Assembly (NCBI RefSeq): GCF_018977255.1
Contig: NW_024704742.1
Location: forward strand, 70,434,001 to 70,498,000
DNA length: 64,000 nucleotides
DNA from: Callorhinchus milii
Lineage: Eukaryota
Reading direction: 5' to 3'
Of the stretch, positions 54,301 to 64,000 are shown piece by piece (the first letter of the stretch is position 1; every line of letters starts with the position of its first letter). The notes beneath the pieces were generated by a model. It saw only the letters and a list, made by a program, of their open reading frames with translations, was not told the DNA's origin and searched no databases. The position numbers and the translations under genes were made by a program.

Positions 54301-56078
54301 TCATTTTAGACTCTGTAATTTCAAGTCCCAACATGCCCTGACTTGAGATATGAACTCACAACCTCAGAGGCGAGAGCATTACCACTGAGCCAGGTTGACA
54401 TACATATTATGTATGAACGATATCCTCTGAAAGGCTCTGAGAGCCAGGCATCCACATTTATCTGTGTTTGAAAGAGACGGACGAGTATTGGTAGCAATAT
54501 TGACAGAGGCGACTGCCGATCATTGTGGCTATTATCCCTCTGGGACTGCGACAGTTCCACGCTTGGTGGAAGGAGAAAGAAAAGAAAACGTTAAATAATT
54601 ATGAGCGTCAGATTGATGGCCTGCACTTTCATTTCATTTCCTTTCACTTACCCACAAAATATACAGTCAATTCACTTTACAGTATATTCTGTGAAGCACT
54701 TTGAAACGTCTCGAAAATGTAATAAGGCACTGTATCAAATGCAAGGAATTTTATTATTATTATTTGCCTCAGAACTTCACTCTCTCACTCCGCGGAAAAT
54801 CAGAGAAGCCATGAACCCACTGGGATGGCACAAACACAGTGTCAGGTCTGAGTCTGACTCAGTATTCACTCTCTCCCTCTCGCCTCCACGACAGAGCCTT
54901 TGGGGTTTCAAGCCCCTGCGTTAGAGGACTTTGTCAATAACAATATTAATCCTTGTGCCTGATGCAGGACTTTGACATCAGGAGCATGTCTCAAAGTGCT
55001 TGACAGGATATATTATAAAGTGTAGTGGCTGTGTGTTTTGTAGATTAACAACAACAACAACAAGATTTCATTTATAGAGTGCCTTTCACGTCGGGAGGAC
55101 GTCCCAAGGCGCTGGACAATTGAGTTGGGACCTGAGCAGGGGGTAAATGGTCAGGGTGAGGGGAGGGAAGGGAGGGAGCGAGGAGGGGGGCACAGCATCT
55201 ATTCAGAAGATTGTGGGTTCAAGCCGCACATCGGGACTTTGAACTGATAGTCTAGGCTGACGCCCCAGTGCAGTGCTGGGGGGAGCGCCGCATTGTCAGA
55301 GATGTCATCCTACAGAGGAGATGTTAAACCGAGCTCCCGTCTGGGCGTTATATACCTCGTGGAACTACTTGAAAATAGTACGGAGTTTCTATCCCGATAT
55401 CACGGCCAACAACCCCCCCAGATAAAATGGGTCACTCACTTCACAGTTGTTTCCCCACAGTTGTCAGCATGTCCTCCCGACGTTGAAAAGCGCTTTACAA
55501 ATGTAATTTTGTTGTTGTTGTTGTTTGTGGGACATTGCTGTAAGCAAGTTGGCTGTCGTGTTCGCCCAGCAAACACACAGTCACTGCACTTTACAGTAAA
55601 TCCTGGGAAGCATTGCGAGATGTCTCAGTGACGTGATAAGGTGCTGTATCAAATGCAAGGATTATTATTGTTATAGAAATATTACAACACAAACGAAGGC
55701 TGTTCGAATCACCTTGCTTGTTTTGGCTATCTGAAGGATCTATCCGAACTGTCCATTGAGCCCCACTCCCCTGCCTTTCTCCCTTCACACCCTTCCCCTC
55801 CCACACCGTTTCACTGTTTTACTATTTCTCTTCATCTCCCTCTATCTTGCTGCAGATGAAGGAGCCCTGGTGTGTCTCTGTTCTGACTACACGGTGCTGC
55901 CACACTCAATGTTCTTTCTTGTTAAGTAGCACACTGCTGATCGATCAGAACACTCTCGGGGGAGGCTGCTCCCAGGAGCTGTCAGTTACACACAAGCTCT
56001 GTTAGCTACCTGCCTGCTCCACTGTCCATCCTGTGTTAGCTTCAGAGTCACACGCTGTTACTGCACATTTAACCCAAT

Positions 56079-56285
56079 GTGTCTCTGCTGGTGCTCACTC
56101 CCCCACTGGAGCTCTCTACTGTAATCCCATTCCCTGCTCTCTCCCCATCGTGTCTGTGTTGGTGCTCACTCCCCACTGGAGCTCTCTACTCTAATCCCAT
56201 TCCCTGCTCTCTCCCCATCATGTCTGTGCTGGTGCTCGCTCCCCCACTGAAGCTCTCTACTGTAATCCCATTCACCTGCTCTTTC
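56079..56285. repeat. About 70-bp minisatellite, 3 units
   Basis: Unit gtgtctgtgctggtgctcactccccactggagctctctactctaatcccattccctgctctctccccatc. Confidence 0.9.
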
Positions 56286-57070
56286 CTACAACACCTGCTA
56301 TTTTTTGCAGGAGGTTGATATTTTGTTCACCAGGTATTTTGTCAAGCCATTTTTGAATAGCATTATTAACAGTCCCAGTTTTTACTGATTATTATGGGAA
56401 CTATGTTTGTTTCATGCTGCCGCATATGTCAGCATTCGATTTGTAGCTCAATATATTTCACGATCGTCTCTAGCTCCTTATTTTTTAGGTTGTAATCACT
56501 TGGGATAGCCACATCAATTATTATTATTATTATCATATTTTTGGAGCCAGAGGCCTGGGCCTCAGCAGGATCTGAGGAATGTCCTTGCAAGTGAGTGGCC
56601 TTTGCCAGATATTAACGTCAAAATACATTTCTGCTGATTCCCCACGCAGACTACAGCACCTCCAGCGCTTGTGTTTGTATGTATTGAAGTTACCATAAAT
56701 AGCACTGCAAAGGAAAAAAAGCTCCCATCACAACCCTTCAAATCCAGCTGGCCTGCGATCCACATTATATTCGTTTCCCTAGGCAAATGTTCAGATGTCA
56801 GCCTGGCTCGGTCGCTTTTGCTCTCGCCTCTGGATTAGAAGGTTGTGGGTTTGAGTCTTCCCCCCCCCCCCCCCCATGTTGGGGGACTTTGAGCTCATGG
56901 TCTAGGCTGACACTCCAGTGCAGTGCTGGGGGGAATGCTGTGTTGTCGGAGGCGACGTCCTTCAGTAGAGGTGTTATACCAAGCTCCCTGATCTCGCAAT
57001 GTTTCTCGAAAAGAGCAGAAGGGAGTTTCAATTTGGGATGGTGCTGAATTGTCAATAATTCTTTAATCTG

Positions 57071-57345
57071 CACTGGAGCTCTCTACTACAATCCCAATCC
57101 CCTGCTCTTTCCTCACTGTGTCTGTGCTGGTGTTTGCTCCTCCACTGGAGCTCTCTACTCTAATCCCATTTCCTGCTCTCTCCCCATCGTGTCTGTGCTG
57201 GTTCTCACTCCCCACTGGAGCTCTCTACTCTAATCCCATTCCCTGCTCTCTCCCCATCGTGTCTGTGCTGGTGCTCGCTCCCCCACTGAAGCTCTCTACT
57301 CTAATCCCATTCCCCTGCTCTCTCTCCATCGTGTTGTGCTGGTTC
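57071..57345. repeat. About 70-bp minisatellite, about 4 units (second array of the same unit)
   Basis: Same unit as 56079-56285. Confidence 0.9.
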
Positions 57346-57947
57346 TTGTGTGTATGTTTGTCTCCTTGATTTTTTTTCTGACAATCCTGAATTTATATCC
57401 TCTTGACTTGACCAATTGGGGACAGGCCCTCTCTCTCTCTTTCTCTATCAAACCGTTCATAATTTTGAAAATGTAGATTCCTCCTAAATCATTGTCCTTT
57501 GCACACACATAGACACACACACACACACAAAGACACACAATGAGATACACAGACACACACGCACACACACACATATCCTCACCCAGGCGTGTACACACAC
57601 TCACACACACGCACACACGTGGGCGCACTAATGTGGAAGCACACATATAAACCAAAACAAAATCGGAGTAAAACAAGAGAATAAATAATAATCTGCAAAG
57701 CTCTTGGGTTCTTGACCCAGAAACTGAGGGTGGGACAGTAAATAGCTGTGAAGTGGCTCGCACCGCTTTTATATATAGCCAAATGGTTCAGTGTTTAAAG
57801 GAACTGAGGCTTGATAATTAAATCATTTGTTTCAATGTGAAACCAGGTCATTGCCTGCGGGCATCAGTGTGAAGCAGGCAAGAGCAAGCAGTCTCTCTTT
57901 CTTCAGTTAAAGAAGCCTCCAAACACACGGCTGAATTCATCTCTTTT

Positions 57948-59480
57948 AACAACAACAACAAGAACAAGATTACATTTGTATAGCGCCTTTCAAGTCGAGA
58001 GGACGTCCCAAGGCGCTGGACAGAGTACAGCATTTCAGACCCGAGCTGGGGTTGGGGGGGGAGGGGAGGGGAAGGGGAGGTGACCGATGGCATGGTCGAT
58101 GAGCAGGATTTTGAGGCGGGACTTGAAGGAGGCGAAGGAAGGGGCGAGGTGGAGTGACTGTGGCATGGAAATCCAGAGGTTGGGGGCAGAGTGGCTGAAG
58201 GCTCTCCCACCAATGGTGGGGCGGGTGGGTCAGGGAATGTGGAGTAGGCCAGAGCCGGCTGAGCGGAGGGAGCGGGCGGGTTGGTAGGGGGTTAGGAGGT
58301 CGCAGAGGTAGGGTGGGGCGAGGCCATGGAGGGCTTTGTAGGTGAGGACCAGGATCTTGAACTGGATCCTCTGAAGGATAGGGAGCCAGTGGAGTCGGGC
58401 AAGAGTGGGGGAGATGGGGTCACGGAGTTTGGTGCGGGAGAGGACATGGGCTGCAGAGTTCTGGATTATCTGCAGCCTGTGGAGGGAGGAGTTGGGAAGC
58501 CCAACACGCAGGGCATTTGCATAGTCGAGCCTGGAGGTGATGAAGGCATGAACAAGAGTTTCAGCGGCCTGAGGGGTGAGGTAGTGGCGGAGTCGGGCGA
58601 TGTTACGGAGGGGAGGGAAGGCAGAGCGGGTCATGGCTTGGATGTGGGGAAGAAAAGACAGTTGAGGGTCGAACAAGACACCGAGGTTCCTGACTGGCGG
58701 TGAGTTGAAGTGTGCAACCATGGACAGCAGTAGTCGTGGAGTTGAGGGTGGAAGCAGAAAGAGGGGGAACATGTAGATATTAAAGAGGAGAGGACCAAGG
58801 ACAGAGCCCGGGGGGACACCAGACGTGACAGTCCGGAGGCTGGAGGAGAAAATGTTAGAGGAGACGGTGAGAGAGATAGGAATCGAACCAGGCAAGGGCA
58901 GGTCCGCGAAGATTAAGTAAAGAGGAGAGGCGGTGTATGAGTTTGGAGTGGTCGACAGTGTCGAAGGCGGCAGAGAGGTCGAGGAGGACAAGGAGGCAGA
59001 GGGAACCCTGATCACAAATGTCATTAGTGACCTTGACCAGGGCTGTTTCCGTGCTGTGGGCAGCGCGGAAGTCGGATTGGAGGAGCTCAAAGAGGGAATG
59101 GTGAAAAAGAAAGGAGCGGAGCTGGGACGCGATGACTCGTTCCAGGACCTTGGAGAGGAATGGGAGGTTAGAGATGGGGTGGTAGCTGGAGAGGAGGGAA
59201 GGGTCCAGGGAAGGTTTTTTCAGGATGGGGGTGATGATGGCTGTTTTTAGGGGGTTGGGAACTGAACCAGTGGACAGGGAGAGGTTGATGACGTCAGACA
59301 GGAGAGGGGCCAGAAAGTGGAGCTGGGAGATGAGGAGAGAGGTGGAGATAGGATTGAGGGAGCAGGCGGTGGGTTTGAGTTTGCGAAAAAATGGCGGTGA
59401 GGGAGGAGGGAGAGATAGGGTTGAAGGAGTACAGGGGGGGATGGGTGGGGGGTGGGTCATGAGGGAGAGGTGATGTGGGG
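57948..59480 (-). mobile_element. L2-clade LINE, about 1.5 kb, 5'-truncated, with a frameshifted and internally deleted RT (non-functional)
   Basis: KTAIITPILKKPSLDP..Y.PISNLPFLSKVLERVI, QS.FR..HSTETALVKVTND, LVLLDLSAAFDTVDH, GVP.GSVLGPLLFNIYM, RNLGVLFD, LHWLP. The YADD segment is absent; there is a (TTG)n tail. Confidence 0.95.
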
Positions 59481-59665
59481 ATGGCAGTGGAGATGCATCA
59501 TTGAACACCAATATTTGCGGGGTTCCTAAACATGGTCCTAAACTGTTTTTTTTAGGAATACTAGCAGGTGCTTCCCCTTTTATTCCACTCTGGGTCCAAG
59601 TACCACAATATTCTTGGAGCCTGAGACAATCAGGTTATATTTATTTGCTGTTTGGGCTGTGCAGT

Positions 59666-60624
59666 CCGTGTTAGCCCAGCTCAGTCGCACACCGTGTTAG
59701 CCCAGCTCAGTCACACACCGTGTTAGCCCAGCTCAGTCACACACACACCGTGTTAGCCCAGCTCAGTCACACACCGTGTTAGCCCAGCTCAGTCACACAC
59801 CGTGTTAGCCCAGCTCAGTCACACACACACCGTGTTAGCCCAGCTCAGTCACACACCGTGTTAGCCCAGCTCAGTCACACACCGTGTTAGCCCAGCTCAG
59901 TCGCACACCGTGTTAGCCCAGCTCAGTCACACACCGTGTTAGCCCAGCTCAGCCGCACACCGTGTTAGCCCAGCTCAGTCACACACACACCGTGTTAGCC
60001 CAGCTCAGTCACACACACACCGTGTTAGCCCAGCTCAGTCACACACCGTGTTAGCCCAGCTCAGTCACACACCGTGTTAGCCCAGCTCAGTCACACACAC
60101 ATCGTGTTAGCCCAGCTCAGTCACACACCGTGTTAGCCCAGCTCAGTCACACACACACCGTGTTAGCCCAGCTCAGTCACACACACACCGTGTTAGCCCA
60201 GCTCAGTCACACACCGTGTTAGCCCAGCTCAGTCACACACCGTGTTAGCCCAGCTCAGTCACACACACACCGTGTTAGCCCAGCTCAGTCACACACCGTG
60301 TTAGCCCAGCTCAGTCACACACACCGTGTTAGCCCAGCTCAGTCACACACACCGTGTTAGCCCAGCTCAGTCACACACCGTGTTAGCCCAGCTCAGTCAC
60401 ACACACCGTGTTAGCCCAGCTCAGTCACACACACACCGCGTTAGCCCAGCTCAGTCACACACACACCGTGTTAGCCCAGCTCAGTCACACACACCGTGTT
60501 AGCCCAGCTCAGTCACACACCGTGTTAGCCCAGCTCAGTCACACACACCGTGTTAGCCCAGCTCAGTCACACAAACCGTGTTAGCCCAGCTCAGTCACAC
60601 ACACCGTGTTAGCCCAGCTCAGTC
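59666..60624. repeat. Minisatellite, about 35 copies of CCGTGTTAGCCCAGCTCAGT(CA)3-5
   Basis: Counted by eye; units are 26-30 bp and vary almost only in the CA run. Confidence 0.97.
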
Positions 60625-61220
60625 AGATGCCCTCTGTCCTGAGTCAGAACAAAGCCCACGTTGGGGACTTTGAGCTCACAGTCTCGGCTGATACTCCAAC
60701 GGAATGCTGGGATTGGTAGAGGGGAAAGTGCAGCAGTGTCGGAGATGCCATCCTTCTGATGAGGTCCCATCTCACAAGTTTGTTTCAGTAGCAGAATACC
60801 CCTCTGCCCATTTTATCCCATCCAGACAGAAACATTACCTATCCACTACTATCCTCCCATCAACAGCATCAAAAAATGCCAGTGTCCTGACCTCAACCAC
60901 TCTTCCTGGTATCTCCATTCCAGTGGTTAATTAAAGAAAAACTTCCTGGTGTCTGTCCTGACGTTGCACTTTTTAACTCTAATCTAAACCTGTGTCTTCT
61001 TGTTCTCCTTCTTGGTGTATCTGGTAATATTGTGCTGGGTTTACTGATCAATCCTGTTTATAATGTTAAATACCTCTCAGATGTCTCCTCTCTCAAGGCT
61101 GAGCATGTGGTTTAGGTGGACATTAAGAATCCGAAGCACCACACTCACTCCGTGAGTGACAGATAAAATAAATAGCTGTAAAAATCTCTGGTTATGAATG
61201 TTTTGTGTCCTCTTCTCTAG

Positions 61221-61299
61221 GGTATTCCTGCGGGCGATCAATCAGTATGCAGAGACTCTGAATAAAATGTTCCTCAATAGTTCAAGCTTTGAGCTTCAG
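61221..61299 (+). CDS. DOCK-A subfamily internal exon, 79 nt
   Basis: tcttctctag|G GTA TTC...CTT CAG|gtacgt; (R)VFLRAINQYAETLNKMFLNSSSFELQ; phase 2 to 0, in frame with the previous exon. Confidence 0.96.
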
Positions 61300-61676
61300 G
61301 TACGTACACACCTGGGCTACAGCTCCAAGGAGAGAGAGTGCGCATTTCTATCCCATACACATGTGGGCCACTCAGGCTGGTTTGGATACACATAATGCAG
61401 GGTGATGTGTTCTCATGTGTGTGCCTTCATATCGCTCCCTTCATGTACGGTAACGCCTTGGAGCATGACACAGGACTGACAATATAGTGCAGTGACGATG
61501 TGTTTTTTGGACAAACACGGCAGCCAATTTGCACTCAGACTGGTCTGGTCTGTCAGCAGCAGTGCCCTGGAGTCAGGACTATAATATTCAGTAGTAATGA
61601 TCGCTGGCGCGGTGATGTGTAAATTGCTGTAGAATTTGTGTGTGTGTTTGGTTCACTCTCTCTCTCTCTACCTCAG

Positions 61677-61777
61677 CTCTGGAACAACTACTTCCACCTG
61701 GCCGTGGCCTTCCTCACACAGGACACACTTCAGCTGGAGAATTTCTCAAATGCCAAACGCACGGCCATTTTGTTCAA
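61677..61777 (+). CDS. DOCK-A subfamily internal exon, 101 nt
   Basis: ctacctcag|CTC TGG AAC...TTC AA|gtaagc; [33 protein letters not shown](K); phase 0 to 2. Confidence 0.96.
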
Positions 61778-61812
61778 GTAAGCGTCCTGAGGTTCGGCTC
61801 TGGTGGAGCAAC

Positions 61813-61854
<42 letters not shown>

Positions 61855-62314
61855 GACAGCAACCTGTGTTTAAATGCTGCCCTTCACCCAGGGTAGTGTC
61901 TCGGAGCACTTAACTCATGTTTATACAGCGTTATCAGTTGCCCTGCTTTCAACCACCACGCCTTGAAGCTTTGGAACTTTCCCTCAATTTCTCCGCCTCA
62001 CCCCCTCCTTCCCCATTTTCAGATCGCACCTTACAATCGACTCCCCCCCTCTCCCCCCAGCTCGACATCAAGCTCCATTACTGTCATGCGCTCCGAGACA
62101 CCATCCCGTGAGAAGGGCGTTGTGTAAATGCAAGTTGGCGTTGCCCTTCATGTTGCAGGGAAGAGTGAGGTTGGGAAAGATCTCAGAGATAGTGGGGCAA
62201 GGGAGGTGCATGGGAGGGTATATAGGGATGTACAGGTAAGGAGCTCGGCGATGGGTTGGGTTAGCCCCGCCCCCCCCACTCAGATTGACAAATATTTTTG
62301 TCTTCAATTGTCAG

Positions 62315-62373
62315 ATACGGTGACATCAGAGGAACAGTTGCGGCATCAATCCGTGACATGTGGTACAATCTGG
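62315..62373 (+). CDS. DOCK-A subfamily internal exon, 59 nt
   Basis: ttgtcag|A TAC GGT GAC...AAT CTG G|gtaagc; (K)YGDIRGTVAASIRDMWYNL(G); phase 2 to 1. Confidence 0.95.
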
Positions 62374-63359
62374 GTAAGCCGGCCGGCATTTCACCATCGG
62401 TTACACGCTTATCATGTCAGGCTGGCTCAGTCACTAGAGCTAGTGCTCTCGCCTCCAGGTCAGACGGTTGTGGGTTCGAGCCCCCGCGTTATGACTTTGA
62501 GCTCGCAGTCCAGGCTGATGCTCAGTGCAGTGCTGGAGGGAGCTCCACATTGTCGGAGTTGCCATCCTTCGGATGAAATGTTAAACTGAGGTCCCATCTA
62601 ACTAAGCATGATTTTGTCAGCTATAGAGTGAATCACTGGATCCTTCCTGTCACACAGCCAGTGTGCACAGGAGAACATCTCAAATTTTTACTGTAAAGTG
62701 TAATGAGTGTATTTGTAATAGAACGTGGCAACCAATTTGCACGCAGCACTGGATTTGGCCAGTCCTAATCCTTGACTATTAAGCACCTTGGGACGTCCCC
62801 CCAATGTGAAAGGCGCTTTACAAATGTAATTTTGTATGGTATTGTATGGAGAGAGTGACAATTTTATCTGGGGGGATTGTCGACCAGGACACCAGGATAG
62901 AGAAACTCCCATCTCTAACAGTGTTGCAGGATCTTTAACATCCACCTGAACCGGAGAACTGAAGGACGGAGGCGCCAAAAACGCAGCACTCTCCCAGCAC
63001 TGCACTGGAGCGTCAGCCTGGACTGTGTGAACTTAAACAGTTAAATTTCCTTGCGCTGTGCAGGGAGCAATGTTCACTCTTATTAGTCAGTGAAGATGAT
63101 TATATCCTTGAGGCAGACAGCAATAGATCACAGTTGTAGTTTCTTAAGACCGTCAAAAAAAATCTTAAAAAGTACTCCAGGTACATACTGCAGAGCGTAG
63201 AGACTGTTAACATGTGCACATTACACAGACAGAATGTAGATTGTTTTCACTAACAATAGAGCAATGCTCTTTTCTAATGAATAAACCACACACAGACACT
63301 TCTAAATAGATTCTCAATGCCTCATACTTTGGGTCAGTCTCGTCCTGTGACATAAGGGA

Positions 63360-63770
63360 CTGCTCAGGCCTTAGAGATGGTGCAGAGGAGAGCAACAAGG
63401 CAGATTTCCAGTGTTAGAGGAACGAGCTGCGAGCAATGATTAGATAGGCTGTGGCTCTTCAATGCTTGAGAGATGATGGCTCAGAGGGGACCTTATAGAG
63501 GTATATAATATCTTAAATGGGATTGAAAAAGTAAGCCCAGAATAATTTGTTGGGTTTCACAGAGACAGCAGAACAAGTGGACACAGGTTTAGAGTTGCTA
63601 AGGGGCAATTTCAGGACTGACACCAGGAAGAATTAACCAGATGGTAACCAATAAATGGAACAGGGTTACCAGGAAGTGGAGTTGAGGCCAGGGCACTGGG
63701 ATCCATTTAAAAAGTAACATAATTATGTGATGGGAGGACCAAGCTGATCTTGTGATCTTGTATCTGACCC
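63360..63770 (+). mobile_element. CR1 LINE 3' fragment
   Basis: ggccttagagatggtgcagaggagagcaacaagg...gagggggaccttatagaggtatat...agaacaagtggacacaggtttagag; same family as 24905-25320 and 26440-26815. Confidence 0.83.
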
Positions 63771-64000
63771 ACCCAAACATCAATCTTTCCACTTAAGAGT
63801 CTCCAAACCCAAATGACTGAGAGTTCTACATGTGCCTGGGTTTTCAATCCTGGAGGGATGCACCCTACTCACCTAACCCTGGAGAGTATCAGGCACAAAT
63901 TGGCCAAGGCTTGGGAGGAACCAGGAGTTTATGTTGGGGGAATAATAATATAATAATCCTTGCATTTGATATTGTCAGAGGTGAGACATTAAAACAAGGC

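Noticed and set aside
58230..59511. Functional reverse transcriptase gene (286-aa and 218-aa ORFs)
   Set aside because: Frameshifted, 5'-truncated L2 that lacks the catalytic YADD segment.
59666..60624. CRISPR-like array of about 35 direct repeats
   Set aside because: The apparent spacers are only (CA)n, not unique sequences. There are no cas genes, and the context is a vertebrate intron.

Overview
Vertebrate genomic DNA, most likely from a cartilaginous fish (inferred from the SINE and LINE families present; no database search was run). The + strand carries five internal coding exons of a DOCK-A subfamily Rac GEF gene (DOCK1/DOCK2/DOCK5 type) at 39012-39110, 46998-47092, 61221-61299, 61677-61777 and 62315-62373. 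They splice in frame with GT-AG sites. Positions 1-39011 are one large intron of that gene. On the - strand this intron holds a nested INSYN2/FAM196-family gene: a large coding exon at 7653-6383 and a 75-nt exon at 3283-3209, with the last exon apparently outside the window. Neither gene matches one human paralogue cleanly, so the pair may be an extra DOCK-A/INSYN2 module. The large INSYN2 exon contains a single frame break near 6882-6940. The rest is dense with two tRNA-headed SINE families that share a 3' half, L2 and CR1 LINE fragments, several minisatellites seeded from retroelement pieces, and low-complexity tracts. There is no CRISPR array, and nearly all ORFs in the supplied track are spurious. 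Comparisons with human proteins and repeat consensi are from memory, not computed, and repeat boundaries are approximate.
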